64,000 bases of DNA from Bacteroidota bacterium. Its GTDB lineage: Bacteria; Bacteroidota; Bacteroidia; Chitinophagales; BACL12. Shown one piece after another: positions 1-9,370 of this stretch (position 1 is the first letter of the stretch; each line of letters opens with the position of its first letter). The notes under the pieces are model-generated. The model was not told where the DNA came from. It worked only from the letters and a program-made list of their open reading frames with translations, and made no database searches. Where the stretch lies: NCBI GenBank assembly GCA_016706255.1, contig JADJJZ010000006.1, positions 486,022-550,021 on the forward strand. Reading direction: 5' to 3'. A program made the translations under genes and the position numbers.

Positions 1-19
1 ATAAACGCTTGCAGGGAAA

Positions 20-400
20 ATGGAACAATCAATAGCGAATACACAGTTACTGGATTATGCAGCCATTTTTGTGCAATTTATTGTGGCGGCAGGTTTCGTT
101 GTTACCACAATTTATTTCGCTCAAAAAATCGGCCCGAAACATAAGTCGGTAAAGAAATTTGAAAGTTTTGAATGTGGTTTGGATTCCATCGGAAATGCAC
201 GTTTGCCTTTTTCAGTGAAATACTTTCTGGTGGCAATTTTATTTGTGTTGTTTGATGTGGAAGTAATTTTCTTTTATCCCTGGGCCGTTAATTTTCGGGA
301 ACTAGGTGAAGCAGGATTTGTTAAAATGTTAGCGTTCATAGCGCCTCTGCTCCTCGGCTACTTTTATATTATTAAAAAGGGTGCCCTGAAGTGGGAATAA
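20..400 (+). CDS. nuoA: NADH-quinone oxidoreductase subunit A
   Basis: 126-aa, 3-TM protein with the FECG motif. First gene of a contiguous nuoA-N cluster. Confidence 0.9.
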   Translation: MEQSIANTQLLDYAAIFVQFIVAAGFVVTTIYFAQKIGPKHKSVKKFESFECGLDSIGNARLPFSVKYFLVAILFVLFDVEVIFFYPWAVNFRELGEAGFVKMLAFIAPLLLGYFYIIKKGALKWE

Positions 401-484
401 CTTACTGATTTTGAAGCAATTCAAATCAGCCAATCTCGATAAATTAACCGGTTCGCCAAAAACGAATCTTAAAATATTGCCGAA

Positions 485-1021
485 GTGGTAAAAGTTACAG
501 AAGCACCGGAAATGTATACAGGCGAAGGCTACGGTCTTACCCGCCTCGAAAAAATTGTAGGCCTGGCCCGAGCTAACTCGATTTGGCCCCTCCCTTTTGC
601 AACCTCTTGTTGTGGAATCGAATTTATGGCAACCATGGGCGCTACTTACGACCTCGGCCGTTTTGGTGCCGAACGTTTAAGTTTTTCTCCCCGTCAGGCC
701 GATTTATTAATGGTAATGGGTACCATCTCGAAAAAAATGGGACCGGTACTCAAACAGGTGTATATTCAAATGGCTGAACCTAAATGGGTTATTGCTGTTG
801 GAGCCTGCGCATCAAGCGGTGGAATTTTTGATACTTATTCAGTTTTACAAGGTATCGATAAAGTAATTCCTGTTGATGTTTACGTGCCGGGTTGTCCGCC
901 TCCGCCTGAGGCAATCCTCGATGGAATTATTAAAATTCAGGAACTCATTAAAACGGAAAGTTTTAGAAGAAGAGAATCTGATGAATATCAAAAATTATTA
1001 ACCAGCTACGGAATAGAATGA
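485..1021 (+). CDS. nuoB: NADH-quinone oxidoreductase subunit B
   Basis: SCCGIEFMA and PGCPPPPE Fe-S motifs. GTG start. 3' end overlaps the nuoC start (ATGA). Confidence 0.95.
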   Translation: MVKVTEAPEMYTGEGYGLTRLEKIVGLARANSIWPLPFATSCCGIEFMATMGATYDLGRFGAERLSFSPRQADLLMVMGTISKKMGPVLKQVYIQMAEPKWVIAVGACASSGGIFDTYSVLQGIDKVIPVDVYVPGCPPPPEAILDGIIKIQELIKTESFRRRESDEYQKLLTSYGIE

Positions 1022-1527
1022 GCGATAAAGTAGAAAACGGGTTAATCGAAAGCCTCCTCAAAGAGCAATTCGGCGATGCAATCCGCAGCGTGGAAGAATC
1101 ATACGGTATGCTTGATATCGTAGTGAAACGCGAAAAAATTATCGAAATCATTCAATGGCTGCGCGACAGCAATTTATTAAGCTTCAACTTTTTAACCAGC
1201 TTGTGCGGCATGCATTTTCCTGATAATAAAGGTGAAGAATTAGGCGTGGTTTATCACATGCACAGTTTCGCAAATAATAAACGTATCCGCTTACACATTT
1301 TATTTTCTATCAGCGACCCGAAAGTACCAACCGTAACAGGTTTATACAGAACAGCAAACTGGATGGAACGTGAAACTTTCGATTTTTTCGGAATTAATTT
1401 CACCGGTCACCCCGATTTGCGCAGAATATTAAATATGGAAGATATGCAATATCATCCATTGCTAAAACAATATCCGTTAGAAGACGGAACAAGAACAGAT
1501 AAAGACGATAAATATTTCGGAAGATAA
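1018..1527 (+). CDS. nuoC: NADH-quinone oxidoreductase subunit C
   Basis: WMERETFDFFGI signature; position in the operon. Confidence 0.9.
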   Translation: MSDKVENGLIESLLKEQFGDAIRSVEESYGMLDIVVKREKIIEIIQWLRDSNLLSFNFLTSLCGMHFPDNKGEELGVVYHMHSFANNKRIRLHILFSISDPKVPTVTGLYRTANWMERETFDFFGINFTGHPDLRRILNMEDMQYHPLLKQYPLEDGTRTDKDDKYFGR

Positions 1528-1582
1528 TATCCGTAAAAATAAAAATGGTGAAGTTTAATTACTTCTAAGGAATAAAAAAACA

Positions 1583-2827
1583 ATGAGCAATTTACCATTA
1601 AGCAGCGATAAAAAAGACCGCCAGTTTTTAAACGGAGTGGAACAAACCGATGAGGAATTAAAACAATATAATTACCTCAACCTCGGTCCAACCCACCCTG
1701 CTACACACGGTATTTTCCAAAACATCTTAAAGATGGACGGAGAAATTATTGTTGATGCTCAACCTACTATCGGATATATTCATCGCGCATTTGAAAAATT
1801 GGCTGAACATCGCCCGTTTTATCAGGTAACACCAATTACCGACAGGATGAATTATTGCTCCTCGCCAATAAATAATTTCGGCTGGCATATGACAGTCGAA
1901 AAATTATTAAATGTGCAAATCCCTAAAAAAGTGGATTATATGCGCGTGATAATTATGGAGCTTGCACGTATTGCCGATCATATTGTTTGTAATTCAGTTA
2001 TTGCCGTTGATACAGGTGCACTTACCGGATTTTTATACGTGTTTCAGTGGAGAGAAAAAATTTATGAAATATACGAACAAATCTGCGGCGCACGATTAAC
2101 AACAAACATTGGTCGCATTGGTGGATTTGAACGCGATTTTACACCTGATGTATATCGTCGCATTGATGAATTCCTTAAAGATTTTCCAAAGGCATTAAAA
2201 GAATTTGAAAATATGGTAATGCGTAATCGCATTTTCATGGATAGAACAATTAAAACAGGTCCAATTTCCGGTGAACGCGCTTTGGAATACGGATTTACAG
2301 GACCAAATTTACGTGCTGCAGGTGTTGATTATGATGTTCGTGTAATGACGCCTTACAGCAGTTATGAAGATTTCGATTTTATTATTCCAATAGGAACTGC
2401 AGGTGATACTTACGACAGATTTTGTGTTCGTGAAGAAGAAATGTGGCAGAGCTTAAGCATTATTCGCCAGGCATTGGATAAAATGCCAAAAACAAATGAA
2501 TTTTTTGCTGATGTTCCTGAATTTTATTTGCCTCCGAAAGATGCAGTTTATAATACGATGGAAGGATTAATCTGGCATTTTAAAATTGTTATGGGTGAGG
2601 TAGATGTTCCTAAAGGTCAGGTGTATCATTGTGTTGAAGGAGGAAATGGTGAGTTAGGATTTTATTTGGTGAGTGATGGTGGACGACAACCATTCCGTTT
2701 ACATTTCCGCCGACCATGTTTTATTTATTATCAGGCATATCCTGAAATGATTAAAGGTGCGTTGTTGAGTGATGCAATTATTACGATGAGTAGCATGAAT
2801 GTAATTGCAGGAGAATTAGATGCGTAA
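1583..2827 (+). CDS. nuoD: NADH-quinone oxidoreductase subunit D
   Basis: 414 aa with GPTHPATHG and RIGG motifs typical of the 49-kDa subunit. Confidence 0.95.
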   Translation: MSNLPLSSDKKDRQFLNGVEQTDEELKQYNYLNLGPTHPATHGIFQNILKMDGEIIVDAQPTIGYIHRAFEKLAEHRPFYQVTPITDRMNYCSSPINNFGWHMTVEKLLNVQIPKKVDYMRVIIMELARIADHIVCNSVIAVDTGALTGFLYVFQWREKIYEIYEQICGARLTTNIGRIGGFERDFTPDVYRRIDEFLKDFPKALKEFENMVMRNRIFMDRTIKTGPISGERALEYGFTGPNLRAAGVDYDVRVMTPYSSYEDFDFIIPIGTAGDTYDRFCVREEEMWQSLSIIRQALDKMPKTNEFFADVPEFYLPPKDAVYNTMEGLIWHFKIVMGEVDVPKGQVYHCVEGGNGELGFYLVSDGGRQPFRLHFRRPCFIYYQAYPEMIKGALLSDAIITMSSMNVIAGELDA

Positions 2828-2866
2828 TTTATTTATCTCCGTTGTGGAGTAATTTTTATAGAAGTA

Positions 2867-3388
2867 ATGACAGAAGTACAAAAAATAGAATTTTCACCGG
2901 AAGCGATGCTTGAAGTAAGCCGCATTGTGAGTCATTATCCGCAAGATAAAATGAAATCTGCGTTATTGCCGGTGTTACATATTGCACAAAATGAATTTGG
3001 TGGATGGCTAAGCGCAGATGTAATGGATTATGTTGCACGCTTGTTACACATTCAACCAATTGAAGTTTATGAGGTGGCTACTTTTTATTCCATGTACAAT
3101 ACCAAACCTGTCGGCAAAATTTTAATTGAAGTTTGTCAAACAGGACCTTGTTGTTTAAATGGTGCAGAAAAAATAGTGCAATACATTGAAAAAAAATTAA
3201 ATATAAAAGTTGGAGAAACAACAAGAGACAATATGTTCACTTTAAAAACAGTGGAATGTTTAGGTGCTTGTGGTTATGCTCCAATGTTTCAGATTGGTGA
3301 AACTTTTTACGAACATTTAACCGAAGAAAAAGTAGATCAGATATTAGAAAATTTGAAACAGGAAAAATTAAAAGCAATTAATAATTAA
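2867..3388 (+). CDS. nuoE: NADH-quinone oxidoreductase subunit E
   Basis: 2Fe-2S thioredoxin-like motifs (CQTGPCC, CLGACGYAPM). Confidence 0.9.
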   Translation: MTEVQKIEFSPEAMLEVSRIVSHYPQDKMKSALLPVLHIAQNEFGGWLSADVMDYVARLLHIQPIEVYEVATFYSMYNTKPVGKILIEVCQTGPCCLNGAEKIVQYIEKKLNIKVGETTRDNMFTLKTVECLGACGYAPMFQIGETFYEHLTEEKVDQILENLKQEKLKAINN

Positions 3389-3414
3389 TGCTATAAAGCA
3401 TAGCAAACGAATAT

Positions 3415-4761
3415 ATGGGTCGCAAATTATTATTAGAACATCTCAATAAAGCAAACATCAATACGATGGAGGGATATCTGCAAAATGGCGGCTATCGTTC
3501 GGTTGAGAAAGCTTTAAAAAAAATGACACCTGATGAAGTTACTGAAGAAGTAAAAAAATCAGGATTACGCGGTCGCGGCGGCGCGGGGTTTGCTACCGGA
3601 ATGAAGTGGAGTTTCCTGGATAAAAATTCCGGTAAACCAAGATATTTATTATGCAATGCAGATGAAAGTGAGCCCGGAACTTTTAAAGACAGATTATTAA
3701 TGGAAAAAATCCCGCATTTATTAATTGAAGGGATGATTGTTTCCAGTTATGCTTTGGGTTGCCGCACAGCGTATATTTATATACGTGGTGAATATATGTT
3801 CATTTTGCGCATCCTCGAAAAAGCAATTGCTGAAGCATACGCAAAAGGTTATTTGGGAGAAAACATTTTAGGCAGCGGTTACGCACTCGATTTACATGTG
3901 CATCCCGGTGCAGGCGCATATATCTGTGGGGAAGAAACGGCATTAATTGAATCGCTGGAAGGCAAACGTGGTAATCCGCGTATTAAACCACCTTTTCCGG
4001 CAATTGCAGGTTTGTGGGGATGTCCTACTATTGTAAATAATGTTGAATCAATAGCTGCAGTAGTTCCGATTATTAATGATGGTGGTGATGAATATGCTAA
4101 AATCGGAATCGGAAAATCAACAGGAACAAAATTAATTTCTGCATCAGGAAATATTAATAAACCGGGTGTGTTTGAAATTGAAATGGGAATTTCGGTTGAA
4201 GAATTTATTTATTCAGATGAATATTGTGGTGGGATAAAAAATAATCTCGAATTAAAAGCCTGTGTTCCCGGTGGAAGTTCAGTGCCGATTTTACCAAAAC
4301 ATTTATTATTAAAAATGAGTGATGGTAATCCGCGCTTAATGACTTACGAAAGTTTAAGTGAAGGTGGATTTGCTACAGGAAGTATGTTAGGCTCAGGCGG
4401 ATTTATTGTTTATGATGAAAAAGCATGTATCGTTCGAAACACCTGGAACTTTGCTCGTTTTTATCACCATGAAAGTTGCGGACAATGTTCACCTTGCCGC
4501 GAAGGAACCGGCTGGATGGAACGTGTGTTACATAATATAGAATACGGTCATGGTAAAATGGAAGACATTGATTTATTATGGGATATTCAACGCAAAATTG
4601 AAGGAAATACCATTTGTCCTTTAGGTGATGCAGCAGCATGGCCGGTAGCAGCAGCAATTCGCCATTTCCGTCATGAATTTGAATATCATGTGAAATATCC
4701 GAATCGTGTATTTGATGAAGATCATGTATACCAGCCGGAAATGAAAATGCAAAGTGTATAA
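3415..4761 (+). CDS. nuoF: NADH-quinone oxidoreductase subunit F
   Basis: GLRGRGGAGFATGMKW FMN/NADH site and ESCGQCSPCREG 4Fe-4S motif. Confidence 0.95.
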   Translation: MGRKLLLEHLNKANINTMEGYLQNGGYRSVEKALKKMTPDEVTEEVKKSGLRGRGGAGFATGMKWSFLDKNSGKPRYLLCNADESEPGTFKDRLLMEKIPHLLIEGMIVSSYALGCRTAYIYIRGEYMFILRILEKAIAEAYAKGYLGENILGSGYALDLHVHPGAGAYICGEETALIESLEGKRGNPRIKPPFPAIAGLWGCPTIVNNVESIAAVVPIINDGGDEYAKIGIGKSTGTKLISASGNINKPGVFEIEMGISVEEFIYSDEYCGGIKNNLELKACVPGGSSVPILPKHLLLKMSDGNPRLMTYESLSEGGFATGSMLGSGGFIVYDEKACIVRNTWNFARFYHHESCGQCSPCREGTGWMERVLHNIEYGHGKMEDIDLLWDIQRKIEGNTICPLGDAAAWPVAAAIRHFRHEFEYHVKYPNRVFDEDHVYQPEMKMQSV

Positions 4762-4789
4762 AACAATTTAATTGTTATAAGTTAATAAA

Positions 4790-5740
4790 ATGCCAAAAGT
4801 AACAATCGACGATATCAGCATTGAAGTTCCTGCAGGAACAACCATTTTGGAAGCTGCAAGAATGATTGGTGAAAATGTGCCACCTGCAATGTGTTATTAT
4901 TCAAAACTAAAAGGCAGCGGTGGAAAATGTCGTGTGTGTTTGGTGAAAGTAACCAAAGGCAGCGAAAAAGATCCCCGCCCAATGCCGAAACTGGTTGCAA
5001 GTTGCCGCACAGCAGTAATGGATGGCATGGAAGTTAAAAATGTAACTTCTCCGGAAGTAATTGAAGCAAGAAAAGGTGTTGTTGAATTTTTACTGGTTAA
5101 TCATCCGCTCGATTGCCCCGTTTGCGATCAGGCCGGTGAATGTCATTTACAAGATTTAAGTTACGAACACGGCGCAGCAAAAAGTCGCTACGAATTTAAA
5201 CGCAGAACTTTTCCAACAATAGATATCGGCGATAAAATTAAATTGCACATGAATCGTTGCATTTTATGTTATCGCTGCACACAAGTTGCCGATCAGTTAA
5301 CCGATGAACGTGTTCATGGTATTATTGGCAGGGGAGAAGTTTCAGAAATTTCAACATATATCGAAAAAGCAATCGACAACGATTTTTCCGGCAACATGAT
5401 TGATGTTTGTCCGGTTGGTGCATTAACAGATAAAACATTCCGATTTAAATCGCGCGTTTGGTTTACAAAACCTGTGTATGCACATAGAAATTGTACAAAA
5501 TGTACAGGTAGTGTTACCTTATGGTATCAAGGCGAAGAAGTTTTACGTGTAACCAGCAGAAAAGATCAATGGGGCGAAAGTGAAGCGTTTATTTGTAATG
5601 AATGCCGCTTCGATAAAAAACATACGGCAGACTGGAAAATTGAAGGCCCGGCGCATATCGATCGTCACTCAGTGATTTCACAAAATCATTACGAGCTGCC
5701 GTTTGAATTACCGGTTACGCAGAAGAAATTGAATGGGTAA
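4790..5740 (+). CDS. nuoG: NADH-quinone oxidoreductase subunit G (short Fe-S form)
   Basis: N-terminal 2Fe-2S (CRVCLV) and HPLDCPVCDQAGEC motifs. 316 aa, as in the short Bacteroidota type. Confidence 0.85.
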   Translation: MPKVTIDDISIEVPAGTTILEAARMIGENVPPAMCYYSKLKGSGGKCRVCLVKVTKGSEKDPRPMPKLVASCRTAVMDGMEVKNVTSPEVIEARKGVVEFLLVNHPLDCPVCDQAGECHLQDLSYEHGAAKSRYEFKRRTFPTIDIGDKIKLHMNRCILCYRCTQVADQLTDERVHGIIGRGEVSEISTYIEKAIDNDFSGNMIDVCPVGALTDKTFRFKSRVWFTKPVYAHRNCTKCTGSVTLWYQGEEVLRVTSRKDQWGESEAFICNECRFDKKHTADWKIEGPAHIDRHSVISQNHYELPFELPVTQKKLNG

Positions 5741-5749
5741 GAGGAGATA

Positions 5750-6053
5750 GAATTTGAACAGCCGATTGAGCAAGATTGAACAAAATTGAACAAAATTGAA
5801 CAAGATTGATCAAAATTGAAATAAGATTGAAACAGAATTGAACAAGATTGAACAAAATTGATCAAAATTGAAACAAGATTGAAACAATCCCGATAGTTGT
5901 CGGGAGAACAAAATTGAACAATCGAATTAGGATAAACTGAATTGAAAAAAATAATAAATAAATTTTATAAATAAAAAGAACAAACCGAAGCAAAATTTAC
6001 AAGTATAAACCAAACCAAAATCTTGTTCAATTCTGTTTCAATTTTGTTCAATT
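5750..6053. repeat. Composite intergenic element: ~14 degenerate 10-bp tandem units, a hairpin, an AT-rich core and inverted units
   Basis: Forward units CAARATTGAA at 5750-5887. Hairpin TCCCGATAGTTGTCGGGA at 5888-5905. Reverse-complement units TCTTGTTCAATTCTGTTTCAATTTTGTTCAATT at 6021-6053. Confidence 0.85.
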
Positions 6054-6080
6054 AAAAAATTAACACCCCGCATCATTCCA

Positions 6081-7121
6081 ATGATCGACCCGATATTAAT
6101 ATTTAAAATAATTCTCGTTGTAGTGCTTTTTGCATTATCACTTGCAATTGCGGCATATAGTACTTATGCTGAACGTAAAGTAGCAGCATTTATGCAAGAC
6201 CGCCTAGGACCAAACCGCGCAGGACCATTTGGGTTGTTACAACCTTTAGCCGATGGTGTTAAAATGTTTATGAAAGAGGATTTTATTCCAGCGGCGTCTA
6301 ATAGATTTTTATTTATTGCTGGTCCCGCTATTACCATGATTACGGCATTAATGACAAGCGCGGTAATTCCATGGGGGCCAAATGTTACCATTAATGGAAC
6401 TAGTGTACCATTGCAGGTAGCTGATATTAATATTGGTGTTTTATATGTTTTAGGAGTTGTGAGTTTGGGAGTTTACGGTATCATGATTGGTGGATGGGCA
6501 TCAAACAATAAATATTCATTACTCGGTGCCGTTCGTGCATCCAGTCAAATGATTAGTTATGAACTTGCCATGGGCATGAGCATAATTGCTGTGGTAATGT
6601 CAACCGGCTCATTAAGTTTAGGCAATATTGTAAATGCACAAAGCGATTGGGCAGGCATGAACTGGAATGTTTTTGTGCAACCGCTCGGATGTTTAATATT
6701 TATTATTTGTGCGTTTGCAGAATGTAATAGAACACCATTCGATTTACCGGAATCAGAAACAGAACTTGTGGGCGGATTTCATACCGAATATAGCTCCATG
6801 AAACTCGGATTTTATTTATTTGCAGAATATGTAAATATGTTTATTTCCAGTGCAATGATTACGTGTTTATATTTTGGTGGATACAATTTTCCGGGTATGG
6901 AAGCAGTGCAGGGTTCGGTAGGTGATATATGGTTTGTGCTGATTTGTGTAGCCGTGATGTTTGCAAAAGTATTGTTCTTCGTTTTCTTCTTTATGTGGAT
7001 TCGCTGGACAATACCAAGATTCCGTTTTGATCAGTTGCTGAATTTAGGATGGAAGGTGTTATTGCCGTTGTCGATATTGAATGTGTTAATTACGGGAGCG
7101 GTGATAATATTTTTTAATTGA
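6081..7121 (+). CDS. nuoH: NADH-quinone oxidoreductase subunit H
   Basis: 346-aa polytopic protein with the ERKVAAFMQDRLGPNR signature. Confidence 0.95.
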   Translation: MIDPILIFKIILVVVLFALSLAIAAYSTYAERKVAAFMQDRLGPNRAGPFGLLQPLADGVKMFMKEDFIPAASNRFLFIAGPAITMITALMTSAVIPWGPNVTINGTSVPLQVADINIGVLYVLGVVSLGVYGIMIGGWASNNKYSLLGAVRASSQMISYELAMGMSIIAVVMSTGSLSLGNIVNAQSDWAGMNWNVFVQPLGCLIFIICAFAECNRTPFDLPESETELVGGFHTEYSSMKLGFYLFAEYVNMFISSAMITCLYFGGYNFPGMEAVQGSVGDIWFVLICVAVMFAKVLFFVFFFMWIRWTIPRFRFDQLLNLGWKVLLPLSILNVLITGAVIIFFN

Positions 7122-7292
7122 AGCAAGATTGAAACAAGATTGAAGCAAGATTGAAGCAGAATTGAATTGAACAAAATTGAACAAAATTGAAACAAGATTG
7201 AACAACATTGAGCAGATTTATACAATCCCGATAACCATCTCGATAGTTATCGAGAATAAAAATTTAAAAATTTTGCCTCAATTTTGATCAAT
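7117..7292. repeat. Second copy of the decamer-repeat element (forward units, hairpins, inverted units)
   Basis: ATTGAAGCAAGATTGAAACAAGATTGAAGC... starts at the nuoH stop codon. Hairpin CTCGATAGTTATCGAG near 7240-7255. Inverted unit block at 7268-7292. Confidence 0.85.
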
Positions 7293-7340
7293 AAACAAAT
7301 AAATAAATAATTTATCCTTTAACCCTTAGAAATAACATTT

Positions 7341-7730
7341 GTGAATCCTGAATTATTAAAAGCCAGGACGAAGAATTTTGCAATTGAGTGTTTAAAAGTT
7401 TGCAAACAAATTCCTCCGGGAGTAGAAAACAACGTTCTTAAAATACAATTATCAAAATCCGGCACTTCAGTGGGAGCGAACTATCGGGCAGCTTGTAGGG
7501 CAAGATCTCAAAATGAGTTTATTGCTAAGTTATCAATAGTAAATGAAGAAGCAGACGAAAGCTGCTATTGGTTAGAAGTGATTACGGAAGGCGAAGTATT
7601 AACTGATACGGTAACCTTTAACCTGCTTAAAGAAGCAAACGAATTAAATGCTATTTTCACAGCATCCGCAAAAACAGCAAAAATGAATCGTTGGCGCAAG
7701 CAACAAGGTGATGATGAGGTTAATAATTAA
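7341..7730 (+). CDS. Four-helix-bundle protein (23S rRNA intervening-sequence protein family, Avd-like superfamily)
   Basis: 129 aa. The pattern ...QLSKSGTSVGANYRAACRARSQNEFIAKLSIVNEEADESCYWLEV... matches the family core (R/K-S-x-S-I/V-x-x-N-x-x-E/A ... F-x-x-K-L ... E-x-x-E). GTG start. Inserted between nuoH and nuoI. Confidence 0.8.
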   Translation: MNPELLKARTKNFAIECLKVCKQIPPGVENNVLKIQLSKSGTSVGANYRAACRARSQNEFIAKLSIVNEEADESCYWLEVITEGEVLTDTVTFNLLKEANELNAIFTASAKTAKMNRWRKQQGDDEVNN

Positions 7731-7813
7731 AAAAAATAAAAACCAGATTAAACTTTCGAATTTACGGAAGTGGAAGCTTGTTTGAACAAATGTGCAAATG
7801 ATAGTTTAAACCT

Positions 7814-7850
7814 AAATTTTGCCTCAATTTTGTTCAATTCTGCTTCAATC
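7814..7850. repeat. Inverted decamer units downstream of the four-helix-bundle gene
   Basis: AAATTTTGCCTCAATTTTGTTCAATTCTGCTTCAATC. The first 25 nt repeat 7268-7292 with 1 mismatch. Confidence 0.85.
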
Positions 7851-7866
7851 AAAAAATAATTAAACA

Positions 7867-8415
7867 ATGCAAAGTCTAACAAATAGAAGCAAAATCGTAA
7901 CCAACAAGAAGATGACACTGTCGGAGCGTCTCTATCTGCCAGCTATACTTGGAGGCTTACGCATTACCATGTCGCACTTTTTTACAAAAAAGGTGACTGT
8001 AAATTATCCTGAAGAAACGCGTGAACATAGTAAGGTGTTTCGCGGTGTGCATGTATTGAAACGTGATGAAGAAGGTCGTGAAAATTGCACTGCTTGCGGA
8101 TTATGTGCTGTTGCCTGCCCTGCAGAAGCAATTACCATTGTTGCAGATGAGCGTCAGAAAGGGGAAGAACATTTATACCGCGAAGAAAAATATGCGGCTG
8201 AATATAATATTAATATGTTGCGTTGCATTTTTTGCGGATTATGTGAGGAAGCTTGTCCGAAAGATGCTATTTATTTAACCGACAGAATTGCACCGAGCAA
8301 TTATCAGCGCGATCAATTCATTTTTACAAAAGATATGTTGGTTGAACCGGTAGCGAAAGACAAAAGAATTGATATCAGCGAAAGAAGAAAAGGAATTCGC
8401 GAAGGCGCCATGTAA
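7867..8415 (+). CDS. nuoI: NADH-quinone oxidoreductase subunit I
   Basis: Two 4Fe-4S ferredoxin motifs: CTACGLCAVACP and CIFCGLCEEACP. Confidence 0.95.
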   Translation: MQSLTNRSKIVTNKKMTLSERLYLPAILGGLRITMSHFFTKKVTVNYPEETREHSKVFRGVHVLKRDEEGRENCTACGLCAVACPAEAITIVADERQKGEEHLYREEKYAAEYNINMLRCIFCGLCEEACPKDAIYLTDRIAPSNYQRDQFIFTKDMLVEPVAKDKRIDISERRKGIREGAM

Positions 8416-8454
8416 CATTAAATCATAAAACCCAATAATACAGAACCCTAAACA

Positions 8455-8958
8455 ATGAGTGAAATATTTTTTTATGCACTTTCCGCAGTTGCGATAGCAT
8501 GTAGCCTGCTCATGTTATTTCAACGAAATGCCATGTATAGTGTATTATATCTATTGGTTTGTTTTTTTGCAGTAGCCGGTTTATATATTATGCTTGATGC
8601 ACAGTTTTTAGCTATCGTTCATATTATAGTATATGCGGGAGCTATTATGGTACTGTTTTTATATGTGCTGATGTTCCTTAATCTGAATGCACCATCCGTT
8701 TTTACAAAAAGTAATATGCTGCGTATGGCTGCTATATTAACAGGTGGCTCTGTGTTTTTATTATTGTTTGCATCTTTTTATAAAACTGAATTGGTGCAGT
8801 TACCGATGGTTGAAGGAAATACAACCGGTAGTGTGCAAACATTAGGACAAGTATTGTTTAACGAATTTCTCATTCCGTTCGAATTAAGCAGTGTGCTTTT
8901 TTTATCTGCTATGGTCGGCGTGATTATTATGAACAAAAAAGATAAAGCAAATGGATAA
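8455..8958 (+). CDS. nuoJ: NADH-quinone oxidoreductase subunit J
   Basis: 167-aa membrane protein; position in the operon. Confidence 0.9.
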   Translation: MSEIFFYALSAVAIACSLLMLFQRNAMYSVLYLLVCFFAVAGLYIMLDAQFLAIVHIIVYAGAIMVLFLYVLMFLNLNAPSVFTKSNMLRMAAILTGGSVFLLLFASFYKTELVQLPMVEGNTTGSVQTLGQVLFNEFLIPFELSSVLFLSAMVGVIIMNKKDKANG

Positions 8959-9289
8959 TGCAGTTGCGCTTAGTGAACAAATGCGGGTAATACCACTCGA
9001 AAATTATATTATGCTTTCGCTGATATTATTCAGCATTGGCGTAATGGGTATTTTAATGCGCAGAAACCTGATCGTTGTTTTTTTAAGTATCGAATTAATG
9101 TTGAATGCCATCAATTTAATGGCTGCAGCATTTTCATCTTACCATAACGACCCGCAGGGACAAGCATTTGTATTTTTTATTATGGTGGTGGCAGCAGCAG
9201 AAGTTGCTGTTGGTTTAGCCATGCTCGTAATGATTTACAGAAATACAAAATCAATCGACATTAATTCATTAGATAAACTAAAATGGTAA
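8951..9289 (+). CDS. nuoK: NADH-quinone oxidoreductase subunit K
   Basis: 112 aa, 3 TM, typical LSIELMLNAINL segment. Overlaps the nuoJ 3' end. Confidence 0.9.
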   Translation: MDNAVALSEQMRVIPLENYIMLSLILFSIGVMGILMRRNLIVVFLSIELMLNAINLMAAAFSSYHNDPQGQAFVFFIMVVAAAEVAVGLAMLVMIYRNTKSIDINSLDKLKW

Positions 9290-9370
9290 TCCGTTTACGG
9301 AATAAAAAATAAAAATAATTACCGGTTTAAGCACTGAAAAGCGATTACACCGAATTAAAAATTAAATAAA

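Noticed and set aside
5750-7220. Possible CRISPR array, because of the regular short repeats
   Set aside because: The unit is only 10 bp and degenerate, the units are contiguous with no unique spacers, and there are no cas genes. This is a tandem or microsatellite-like repeat, not CRISPR.
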